NCBI GenBank assembly: GCA_001797845.1
Contig: MGQN01000014.1
Coordinates: 40,896 to 83,265, forward strand
Reading direction: 5' to 3'
DNA length: 42,370 nucleotides
Origin: Deltaproteobacteria bacterium RBG_16_44_11
GTDB taxonomy: Bacteria; Desulfobacterota; Syntrophia; Syntrophales; Smithellaceae
Position 1 is the stretch's first letter; every line of letters begins with the position of its first letter. The position numbers and the translations under genes were made by a program. Positions 10,337 through 18,327 of this stretch are shown in pieces. Under the pieces are notes generated by a model. The model worked only from the letters and a program-made list of their open reading frames with translations. It made no database searches and was not told where the DNA came from.

Positions 10337-11656
10337 TTATCTCTTTTTTCGAAAGATGATTTTAAGCGGTACCTGATCAAAGCCAAAGGTCTCACGGATT
10401 TGATTTACCAAATAGCGCTGGTAGGAAAAGTGGACACCTTTTGTAACGGAAACAAAAAAAACAAAAGAGGGCGGCTTAACATCAACTTGAGTCGCATAAT
10501 AAATACGCACCTGCTTATTTGCATAACGAGGAAGAGAATTTTTCTGAATAGACTTTTCCACAAGATCATTTAAGGCAGATGTATCAATTCTTTTTGTGTA
10601 CTGGATATAGATGTCATCAATAAGATCAAAAATCTTAGGCGCTCTTTGCCCCGTTAGGGCAGAAATAAAGATGATGGGAGCAAAATCCATAAACTTTATT
10701 TTATCCTTAATATCTTCCACAAACTTTCCTACCGTGGAGTTATCTTTTTCAATTTTATCCCATTTATTTACGACAATAATGCATGCTTTGCCTCTTTCAT
10801 AGGTAAGGCCGGCGATTTTTGCATCCTGCTCAGTCATTCCTTCCTCCGCGTCAATAAGGACAAGCGCAACATCGCAGCGGTTAATTGATTTAAGAGCCTG
10901 GACAACGCTGTATTGCTCCAGAGTCATACTGATTTTATTCTTCCTGCGTATACCCGCAGTGTCGATTAATAAATAATTCTTTCCGTGAACCTTAATGGAC
11001 ATATCAATGGCGTCGCGCGTGGTTCCCGGAGTAGGATTGGCAATAGTTCTTTCCTTGCCGCAAATAAGGTTTATCAGTGATGATTTGCCCACATTAGGCC
11101 TGCCGACAATGGCTATTTTTATTTGAGTGTCTTTGTCTTCTTTAGCTTCTTTTAAAGAAGAAAAATCCTGCGTAACAGCCGCCATGAGTTCATCCACACC
11201 TAGGCCATGTTGCGCGGAAATTGGATAAAAATGTTCTATACCGAGGCGATAAAAATCGCCTAACAATTCTTCATGCCGTTCGCCATCCACTTTGTTAGCG
11301 GTGTAAAAAACATTTTTGCTTTTACCGCGTAATTGTCTGGCAATCTCCATATCCGAGGGTGTAAGACCGCTTTTAGCGTCCATCAGAAAAATGATAGCGT
11401 CAGCCTCTTCGATGGCCAGATTCGTTTGTTCGCGCATTTGTATAAGGATTCGTTCTTCAGAGGCGGGTTCGAAACCTCCTGTGTCAATGAGAGTAAAAGC
11501 TTTATTGTGCCAGACACAATCCATGTAGTTTCGATCGCGAGTAGCGCCCGGCTCGTCAATGACAATAGCTTTTTGGCGGCCGACGATCCTATTGAATAAT
11601 GTTGATTTACCGACATTTGGTCTGCCGACAATGGCAATTAGCGGTTTTGGTTGCAT
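10337..11656 (-). CDS. der: Ribosome-associated GTPase Der (EngA), double G-domain
   Basis: GRPNVGKS occurs twice (residues about 11 and 186), with DTGG/DTAG and NKVD/NKWD motifs and a KH-like C-terminus. Confidence 0.95.
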   Translation of the reverse strand: MQPKPLIAIVGRPNVGKSTLFNRIVGRQKAIVIDEPGATRDRNYMDCVWHNKAFTLIDTGGFEPASEERILIQMREQTNLAIEEADAIIFLMDAKSGLTPSDMEIARQLRGKSKNVFYTANKVDGERHEELLGDFYRLGIEHFYPISAQHGLGVDELMAAVTQDFSSLKEAKEDKDTQIKIAIVGRPNVGKSSLINLICGKERTIANPTPGTTRDAIDMSIKVHGKNYLLIDTAGIRRKNKISMTLEQYSVVQALKSINRCDVALVLIDAEEGMTEQDAKIAGLTYERGKACIIVVNKWDKIEKDNSTVGKFVEDIKDKIKFMDFAPIIFISALTGQRAPKIFDLIDDIYIQYTKRIDTSALNDLVEKSIQKNSLPRYANKQVRIYYATQVDVKPPSFVFFVSVTKGVHFSYQRYLVNQIRETFGFDQVPLKIIFRKKR

Positions 11657-11759
11657 TTAATTATACATTCCCTGAATATTTTGCGTTTGTCTTTCCGGTA
11701 AGAGCAGAACAATATCCATAAAACGCCACAGTAAGCTTCCGGAGCTATACACGTCAGAT

Positions 11760-12650
11760 TTAGCGTTTCAGCAATCCAAACTCCTGCAACATTCTCTCCG
11801 AACTTGTCCAGTCCTTTTTCACACGCACAAACAATTCTAAAAATATTTTTGCGTCGAAAAATTTTTCCATCTGTAACCTGGCCTGTGTGCCGATACTTTT
11901 GAGCATTGCGCCTTTTTTCCCGATGAGAATTGCCTTTTGCGCTTCTCTCTCTACAGTAATTGTGGCACTGATGCGAATTAAATTTTTATTTTCATCTTCT
12001 TTAAACACGTCAACCGTCACGGCCGAAGCGTAGGGGACTTCCTGTTGGGTTAAAAGAAGAATCTGTTCACGGATAAATTCTCCCGCGATAAAACGTTCGG
12101 TGGCGTCGGTCATAATATCGTTGGGAAAGAGTTGCGGACCTTCGGGGATCGCTTCTTTAAGGCTGGACAACAACTCATCAATCCCGTCGCCTTTTAACGC
12201 GCAGATTGGAAAAATTCCGGCGAAGTCATAAAGCTTGCGGAACTGATCGATCAACGGTAGCAGAGATGGTTTTTCGATCCGATCAATTTTGTTGATGGCC
12301 AGAAACACCGGCGACTTGGCCCCTGCCAGCGCTTCAATCAAAAAAAGATCGTGCGGTCCGATGTTGGTGTCGGCCTCTACCATCATTAGCAGCACATCGG
12401 CATCGCCGATAGTGTCCTGCGCCGTCTGTACCATGGCGCGGTTCAGCGCTGTTTTTGGCCTATGCATGCCGGGAGTATCCAGAAATATAATCTGGGCATC
12501 CGGGTAATTTTTAATACCGGTGATTTTGTTCCGTGTTGTTTGCGGTTTATTAGTAATGATGGAAATATTTTCACCGACAATAGCGTTGAATAGTGTTGAT
12601 TTACCTGTGTTTGGGCGGCCAATAATACCGATAAATCCTGATTTAAACAA
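11760..12650 (-). CDS. era: GTPase Era
   Basis: GRPNTGKS, DTPG and NKID motifs with a C-terminal KH domain. TTG start at 12650 with AAGGAG 8 nt upstream. Confidence 0.95.
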   Translation of the reverse strand: MFKSGFIGIIGRPNTGKSTLFNAIVGENISIITNKPQTTRNKITGIKNYPDAQIIFLDTPGMHRPKTALNRAMVQTAQDTIGDADVLLMMVEADTNIGPHDLFLIEALAGAKSPVFLAINKIDRIEKPSLLPLIDQFRKLYDFAGIFPICALKGDGIDELLSSLKEAIPEGPQLFPNDIMTDATERFIAGEFIREQILLLTQQEVPYASAVTVDVFKEDENKNLIRISATITVEREAQKAILIGKKGAMLKSIGTQARLQMEKFFDAKIFLELFVRVKKDWTSSERMLQEFGLLKR

Positions 12651-12677
12651 TTTTTCTGCTCCTTAATGAAAACCTGC

Positions 12678-13751
12678 TTACACCATTAATGAAATATTTG
12701 AGCGGATAAGGATTCCTGTATCATCCGCCAAAGAAATCACACCGCGTTCTTGATTGGCAAATGATTCTATAACTATTTTTGTTTTGGGATAAAGTTTTTT
12801 AATGGCGGCTACGTTCCTATTATTAAAGCCGCGAAAATTAGCAACATCATAGCTGGAAAGGTTAAAGCGAATTTTTCGCGTGCCTTTTGGAATTTCATCT
12901 AAAAGCTTAAGGGCGTGCCTAAAATAAATTGAAGAACGGACAAGACTGCCGAAAGAAGGATGGATTGGCCCGGCCAATACTGCGCCATTTTTTTTCATTT
13001 CATCACTGAGGTGCAGTCCAAATCTGATGATGCGGATGCCTGCCGCGGATAATTTATCCAACGCCAGAGAGCATAACTCTATCGCTTCGGATAGCTCTAA
13101 GGGTATATATTTACCTTGGCGATATTCATCCGCAAGAACAGTATTATTCAAAACAAGAACAGGATGAATTCTCGCCATATCAGGTTTGAGTTCAATCGTC
13201 TTTTCGATCGAATAAAGAAATCCCTCTTTTGTATCCTTGGGTAAACCCGCCATCAAATGTAAAGAGGTATGAAAGGAGTAATCCTTCAAAAGACGCAGGG
13301 CCTTTACGATAGCGATGGAGTCGTGGCCCCTTTGCGCGTATTGCAGTACTTCGTCAACGAATGATTGCGCGCCTATTTCGACGGTAGTAACACCGCTATT
13401 TTTAAGCAGGGTTAAAATTTCTTCGGTGATATAATCCGGCCGCGTGGAGATTCTGATGGAGTGTACAATTCCCGCCGAAATATAGGTGTTTGCCCAGGAA
13501 AGAAGCTCTTTTTGACAAGAAGGCTGGAGTCCTGTGAAATTTCCACCGTAAAAAGCAATTTCTACTTTCTTTGTCTTGTCTTTATTTGAGTTAAGATAAG
13601 AGTCTACTTCCGCGTCAAAAATATTTTTTTTAAGTTCTGCATGAAAATATCCGGAGGCAATCTTTTGATTGCAAAAAATGCATCGATGCGGACAACCGCT
13701 GTGCATAATAAAAATAGGGATAATTATGCTTTTATTATCATTAATTTTCAT
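12678..13751 (-). CDS. Radical SAM protein, Elp3-core-like, without an acetyltransferase domain
   Basis: IPIFIMHSGCPHRCIFCNQ (canonical Cx3Cx2C) followed by a TIM-barrel-like pattern. The likely start is ATG 13751 (MKINDN...). The ORF-track N-terminal Lys/Arg-rich 30 aa overlap the rnc 3' end out of frame and are probably not translated. Confidence 0.8.
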   Translation of the reverse strand: MKINDNKSIIIPIFIMHSGCPHRCIFCNQKIASGYFHAELKKNIFDAEVDSYLNSNKDKTKKVEIAFYGGNFTGLQPSCQKELLSWANTYISAGIVHSIRISTRPDYITEEILTLLKNSGVTTVEIGAQSFVDEVLQYAQRGHDSIAIVKALRLLKDYSFHTSLHLMAGLPKDTKEGFLYSIEKTIELKPDMARIHPVLVLNNTVLADEYRQGKYIPLELSEAIELCSLALDKLSAAGIRIIRFGLHLSDEMKKNGAVLAGPIHPSFGSLVRSSIYFRHALKLLDEIPKGTRKIRFNLSSYDVANFRGFNNRNVAAIKKLYPKTKIVIESFANQERGVISLADDTGILIRSNISLMV

Positions 13752-14466
13752 CTTGCAATATTTCCCAGGCTTTTTTCGCCGCTTGTTTTTCGGCCTCTTT
13801 CTTATTTTTCCCTTTACCGGTTTGCGTTGTTTTGCCGGCAATACTTACTTCAACTTCAAAAATTATTGAGTGCTCGGGTCCATGAGAAGAAGTGAGAGTA
13901 TAAACGGGAGGTGTTTTATATCTTTTCTGGCAAAACTCTTGCAGAGCGGTCTTATAATCAAAATATTGATAATGTGAAGTAGCATCTTTTAAAAAAGGCT
14001 CAATTAATATTTTTACAATACTATTAACTTTTTCAAAATTAGAATCACGGTATATAGCAGCGATAATCGCTTCCAAAGTGTTGGCTAAAAGAGAATCTTT
14101 GGCCCGGCCGCCGGATTTTTCTTCACCATGACCAAGCAATAAACAGTTCCCAATCTGCAAATTCTGCGCGAGTATGGCTAAGCGTTTTACATTAACCAGG
14201 GAGGCGCGAATTTTGGATAGAGCACCTTCAGAAAAATCGGTGTATTTTTTAGTCAGCAGGTCGCTAACGCAAAGTCCTAAAACTGCATCGCCTAAAAACT
14301 CGAATCTTTCATTATCGGATGCGGACAGATGCGGATTTTCGTTGACATATGAACGATGAGTAAGGGCTAAGGAAAGAAGAGAGATGTCGCGAAAACGATA
14401 ATTGAGCCTTTTTCCCAAAGCTTTCAGAATATTCAGCCTTTCTTTATCCAGTGACAATTTTGCCAT
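13741..14466 (-). CDS. rnc: Ribonuclease III
   Basis: RNase III signature ERFEFLGDAVL, followed by a C-terminal dsRBD (...PEHSIIFEVEVSIAGK...GKNKKEAEKQAAKKA). The start is uncertain (ATG 14466, 14478 or 14508); all overlap the mtaB 3' end. Confidence 0.9.
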   Translation of the reverse strand: MAKLSLDKERLNILKALGKRLNYRFRDISLLSLALTHRSYVNENPHLSASDNERFEFLGDAVLGLCVSDLLTKKYTDFSEGALSKIRASLVNVKRLAILAQNLQIGNCLLLGHGEEKSGGRAKDSLLANTLEAIIAAIYRDSNFEKVNSIVKILIEPFLKDATSHYQYFDYKTALQEFCQKRYKTPPVYTLTSSHGPEHSIIFEVEVSIAGKTTQTGKGKNKKEAEKQAAKKAWEILQDEN

Positions 14467-15820
14467 AAAGTTTTCCATTTTCAAGTTTATTTGCGCAAAC
14501 CTTGACAATTGTATTGGCGCGAGAGAATTCGTTTATTTCCAGTAAAATAGGCAAGTAATTTTGAGAAAATCCTTTCATCAAACCAGTTTTATTATCTTTT
14601 GCTTTTTCCACGAGAACATCAATATTTTTTCCTAAAAAGCGGGAAGCAAATTGCCCCTTTTTTTCAGCGCCTAAATCCCGGAGAATTGCGGCGCGTTCCT
14701 TTTTTATCTTTTGGGGTACTTTAGGATGGAGCTTTTCTGCCGCGGTGCCGGGCCTCTCGGAATAGGGAAAAACGTGAAAATAGGAAAAAGGCAAGTCATG
14801 CAGCAACCGATAAGTGTTGTTAAATTCAACATCTCCTTCGCCGGGAAACCCGACCATTACATCAACACCGATGGAAATATTTTTTATGGAGGCAGTTATT
14901 TTTTTAATTTGTTCGCGGTAAAAGGCAACGTTATAATTGCGTTTCATTAATCCGAGGATTTTATCATCACCACTTTGCAGGGGAATGTGTAAATGCGGGC
15001 AAAGGTTATCTCTTTTGATAAAAAGATGCAATAAGTCATCTGTGATTTCACGAGGCTCGATTGAGCTTAAACGAAATCTCATCTCCGGTCGAGAAGAAAT
15101 TATTTGTTTTAAAATAGCGGTAAGATTCGTAGGGGGATTAAGATCGTAGCCGTAAACGCCTAAATGAATGCCGGTAAGAACAATTTCCCGGTAACCTTTT
15201 TCTGCAAATTTTTTAACTGTCGCCAATAGATTATCCGGTGGCAGACTGCGGCTTTTCCCGCGGGCAAAGGGGACGATACAATAGCTGCAAAAGGAATTAC
15301 ACCCGTCTTGGATTTTTAAAAAAGCGCGGGTACGGCCGGAAAACTCAGAAAGCGGCATATCACAGAAATATCGTTGCGATAAAATATTATCGGCAAGCAC
15401 GAAAGGAGAATCATTATTTCTATTCTGCAGCAGTTCAGGGATGGTGTTTTTTTGACTATTGCCCACGACCATATTAACACCGTCAATATCAGCTATAGCA
15501 GCAGAGGCAATTTGGGCATAGCAGCCGGTGACGATGATTTTTGCCTTGGGGTTAGCTCTTTTGGCGCGGCGTATCAATTGGCGGGATTGGAAATCAGAAA
15601 AAGCTGTTACCGTGCAGGTGTTGATTATATAAATATCGGCAAAAGAATTGAAGGAAACCGATAAGAATCCTTTTTTGCGCAAATCCTCAGCCAGCGCTGC
15701 CGTTTCGCATTGATTGACTTTACATCCTAAAGTAACAAGGCCTACTTTTACTTTATTATTCTTGCTCAAAGAGCACCTCGATATTACTTGATAGTGTAAC
15801 TTTTGATAAGATTTGAACAT
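14444..15820 (-). CDS. mtaB: tRNA methylthiotransferase, MtaB-like (MiaB family)
   Basis: N-terminal UPF0004 domain (VGLVTLGCKVNQCE), radical SAM motif GCNSFCSYC, and a C-terminal TRAM-like domain. The start is ambiguous: ATG 15820 has no SD, while TTG 15769 has GAGGT upstream. Confidence 0.8.
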   Translation of the reverse strand: MFKSYQKLHYQVISRCSLSKNNKVKVGLVTLGCKVNQCETAALAEDLRKKGFLSVSFNSFADIYIINTCTVTAFSDFQSRQLIRRAKRANPKAKIIVTGCYAQIASAAIADIDGVNMVVGNSQKNTIPELLQNRNNDSPFVLADNILSQRYFCDMPLSEFSGRTRAFLKIQDGCNSFCSYCIVPFARGKSRSLPPDNLLATVKKFAEKGYREIVLTGIHLGVYGYDLNPPTNLTAILKQIISSRPEMRFRLSSIEPREITDDLLHLFIKRDNLCPHLHIPLQSGDDKILGLMKRNYNVAFYREQIKKITASIKNISIGVDVMVGFPGEGDVEFNNTYRLLHDLPFSYFHVFPYSERPGTAAEKLHPKVPQKIKKERAAILRDLGAEKKGQFASRFLGKNIDVLVEKAKDNKTGLMKGFSQNYLPILLEINEFSRANTIVKVCANKLENGKLYGKIVTG

Positions 15821-15849
15821 CACGATAATTCAAATTGACAATTAGGGGA

Positions 15850-15878
15850 AATCTAGTCGTCACGCCTAGGTTTGTCAA
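15850..15878 (-). promoter_or_regulatory. Candidate sigma70 promoter of the mtaB-rnc-rSAM-era-der block (TTGACA-N17-TAGATT)
   Basis: The minus strand reads TTGACA (15878..15873), 17 nt, then TAGATT (15855..15850). A mirror TTGACA on the plus strand (15835..15840) forms an imperfect inverted repeat with it. Confidence 0.45.
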
Positions 15879-15948
15879 GGTTAAATAATGATAGATTTCA
15901 TAGTAAAAATAGGATAATAAAGGTAAAAACGAGGAAGGAGTTTATAAA

Positions 15949-16287
15949 ATGGATGCGATTACCGGATTTATTACCGAGCACCCGTCGGTGCTGATAATGG
16001 TTATAGTTTTTTTTCTCATATTATTTCTATATTTTATCTTTAAAAGGTTAGTCAAATTCATTCTTGTAGCATTGGTAATTTTGCTGTTAGTCGGAGGTTA
16101 TTTCTTTATAAAAGATCCGAATAATTTTAAAAAATCAATTGACACGGTAAATGCCGGCATCGATGAGCTAGTGGATAAAAGTAAAAATTTTTACAAGGAT
16201 ATAAAAGAATTATTTGAAAAGGGTAAAGAAGTTCCCGGTAACCTAAATGAAATGCTTAAAGATTCCAAAGAAAAAGCTGGAAAATAA
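15949..16287 (+). CDS. Small membrane protein, hypothetical (2 TM plus a charged helical tail)
   Basis: GGAAGGAG SD upstream of the ATG. Two hydrophobic segments are followed by a Lys/Glu-rich tail. No recognisable family. Confidence 0.5.
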   Translation: MDAITGFITEHPSVLIMVIVFFLILFLYFIFKRLVKFILVALVILLLVGGYFFIKDPNNFKKSIDTVNAGIDELVDKSKNFYKDIKELFEKGKEVPGNLNEMLKDSKEKAGK

Positions 16288-16313
16288 TATTATCATTTTC
16301 ATAATTCCATAAA

Positions 16314-17228
16314 ATGCCGAAATCATCTCAAACAGTCGTCTGGCGCGTTTTTTTCTTATTGGTAATTTTAATCGCGTTATTCACGTTTATTTTATGGAAA
16401 CCCAAACCCTGTCAAAACGAGATTACGTACCGCATCGGTCATGTGGATGAAAGGTTCGGACTAACCCATGAGGAATTCACGATTGCGGTCAAGCTTGCCG
16501 CCCAAATGTGGGGAGAACCTCTATATCGCCAGCTTTTTCGCGAAGATAATAATGGTATAATCGAGATTAATCTAGTTTACGACTACCGCCAGGAAGCAAG
16601 CGACCGGCTTAAAAAACTCAATTATAAAATCGAACGATCCCAGGAGTCCTATGAAGAATTGAAGACACGTCTGGAAGATTTAAGGGCCGAATATAATCAG
16701 AAAAAAATGACGTTGACCGGAGATTTTAATGCGTACAACGTTCGTGTAAACGCCTTTAATGCTAATAACGAATTCTGGCGGCGGCGCGGCGGAGTTGACG
16801 AAAAAAATCACAATAAGTTAATGAAGGAAAAAGAAGAACTAAATTCTGTGCGCGATAATTTGCAAGGCCGCCAGGAAGAAATGAAACAAATAGCTGATAC
16901 GATTAACAGCATAGTTGTTGTAATAAATGAAATCGCCGCAAATCATAATCTCGATTTAGTCGAACACAAAAATACCGGGGATACACTTGGTTCAGAATTT
17001 TGTGAAGGATTATACGAATATAAAAACGGCAAGCAATCAATTACTATCTATCAGTATGATAATGAATATCGGCTGGTGCGCGTACTTGCTCATGAATTGG
17101 GACACGCGTTGGGATTGAAGCACAGCGAAGATAAAAAGGCCGTTATGAACAGGCTGCTGCAATCGGATATCATCGAGCTTTCCCCCGATGATGTTGTCGC
17201 CCTAAAATCGCGTTGTGAGAATCAGTAA
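16314..17228 (+). CDS. Membrane-anchored matrixin-like (M10) zinc metalloprotease with a long coiled-coil insertion
   Basis: N-terminal TM (VVWRVFFLLVILIALFTFILW). Zinc motif HELGHALGLKHS (HExxHxxGxxH) followed by a Met-turn candidate KKAVMN. A heptad-like insert of about 130 aa lies between the N-terminal sheet region and the zinc motif. Confidence 0.75.
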   Translation: MPKSSQTVVWRVFFLLVILIALFTFILWKPKPCQNEITYRIGHVDERFGLTHEEFTIAVKLAAQMWGEPLYRQLFREDNNGIIEINLVYDYRQEASDRLKKLNYKIERSQESYEELKTRLEDLRAEYNQKKMTLTGDFNAYNVRVNAFNANNEFWRRRGGVDEKNHNKLMKEKEELNSVRDNLQGRQEEMKQIADTINSIVVVINEIAANHNLDLVEHKNTGDTLGSEFCEGLYEYKNGKQSITIYQYDNEYRLVRVLAHELGHALGLKHSEDKKAVMNRLLQSDIIELSPDDVVALKSRCENQ

Positions 17229-17243
17229 CAGGAAGAAAGATGC

Positions 17244-17654
17244 TTACAGCAGATTGATTTCCATGGCGTGGACGGGGCAGGCGGAAACGCAGAGTTCACA
17301 ACCGTTACATTTTTCGGGATCAAAAATAACTTCGTAGGTTTGTAATTCAAAAGACAATGCTCCCGTGGGGCAAAACGCTGTGCAGGCGCCGCAGTGTACG
17401 CATTTATCGTGATTCTGGCTTACGCTTTTAGATAGCGGCTCAACCTTGAGGCCCATTTCTTTTAAAAAATGAATACCGCGGTCAAAATTGTCTTTGGAGC
17501 CGCTTAATTCCAGAACAATAACCCCCTCGCGGCGGGGGAATATTCTCGCTTTCAGGATGTTGAAAACAAGGTCATATTGTTTTACGAGCTGATAAATTAC
17601 CGGCTGCTGAACAATATCTGGAGTATAACGAATGACTATTTTTTTTGAATACAT
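17244..17654 (-). CDS. NIL-domain / 2x[4Fe-4S] ferredoxin fusion protein
   Basis: The N-terminal roughly 75 aa resemble the MetN C-terminal NIL domain (VIYQLVKQYDLVFNILKARI...GVIVLELSG). Two ferredoxin motifs follow: CVHCGACTAFCP and CNGCELCVSACP. Confidence 0.8.
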   Translation of the reverse strand: MYSKKIVIRYTPDIVQQPVIYQLVKQYDLVFNILKARIFPRREGVIVLELSGSKDNFDRGIHFLKEMGLKVEPLSKSVSQNHDKCVHCGACTAFCPTGALSFELQTYEVIFDPEKCNGCELCVSACPVHAMEINLL

Positions 17655-17739
17655 AGTAACATTAATAACTAAAAAGTTGCAGGGATGTTAAGTTATGGAA
17701 AGAATATTGTCAAGTTTAATTATGCATTTGCCCGAGTGG

Positions 17740-18222
17740 TCAATCTATCTTCAGAAGTCTTTGCCATTCTAAATGAGGAAAAGTTTTATGCAGGGAATGA
17801 TCATCGTCCACGAAATGGTGTTCGAGGTTGATAAAAGATTTTAAAGCAATGTCTTTTACAAGGTAAGGATCAACGATATTATCGCTTGTTCCATGATAAA
17901 GAATAACCGGTATATGTAACTGCTTGGAAGTGTAGGGGTTGAATTCGAGAAGATGTAAGGCGGGCGCAAGCAAAATCATTTTTTTCACATGGCTTTCGTT
18001 TTCCATAGTGTAATTTGCGGCCATTAATCCACCATAGCTCGATCCCACGATAATAAGAGCGGTCTTTCCGGTAAGAACTTTGACAAGTTTATGCATGCGC
18101 GAGGAAAAATCACCCGTAAAATCTTCAATAATCATCCGGGGATATTCTTGATGGAAAAATTGTCCTTTGGTGCCTTGCGCTGTGCTTTCCAAACCGTGAA
18201 TAAAGACCAGCGTATTTTCCAT
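17740..18222 (-). CDS. Small alpha/beta hydrolase (YqiA-like esterase)
   Basis: 160 aa. Nucleophile elbow G-S-S-Y-G (GxSxG) and C-terminal D...H (VDDDHSLH). Confidence 0.65.
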   Translation of the reverse strand: MENTLVFIHGLESTAQGTKGQFFHQEYPRMIIEDFTGDFSSRMHKLVKVLTGKTALIIVGSSYGGLMAANYTMENESHVKKMILLAPALHLLEFNPYTSKQLHIPVILYHGTSDNIVDPYLVKDIALKSFINLEHHFVDDDHSLHKTFPHLEWQRLLKID

Positions 18223-18247
18223 TTGCCCTTTCTTTAAAAATTATTTA

Positions 18248-18278
18248 AATGTAAAATTATTTTGTATAATTTTACATT
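18248..18278. promoter_or_regulatory. Perfect 12-bp inverted repeat (AATGTAAAATTA-N7-TAATTTTACATT) overlapping a TATAAT box; candidate operator
   Basis: Arms at 18248..18259 and 18267..18278. TATAAT at 18265..18270 faces the DUF1015 gene (ATG 18328). Confidence 0.5.
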
Positions 18279-18327
18279 GCCTCGATTATGACAGTGTGTT
18301 ATTCATTGCGCAAGAGGAGATTTTACT

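Noticed and set aside
13752-13841. Lys/Arg-rich 30-aa N-terminal extension of the radical SAM ORF (MPAKQRKPVKGKIRKRPKNKRRKK...)
   Set aside because: This is an out-of-frame read of the lysine-rich C-terminal dsRBD of rnc. The internal ATG 13751 gives the family-typical N-terminus just before the Cys motif.
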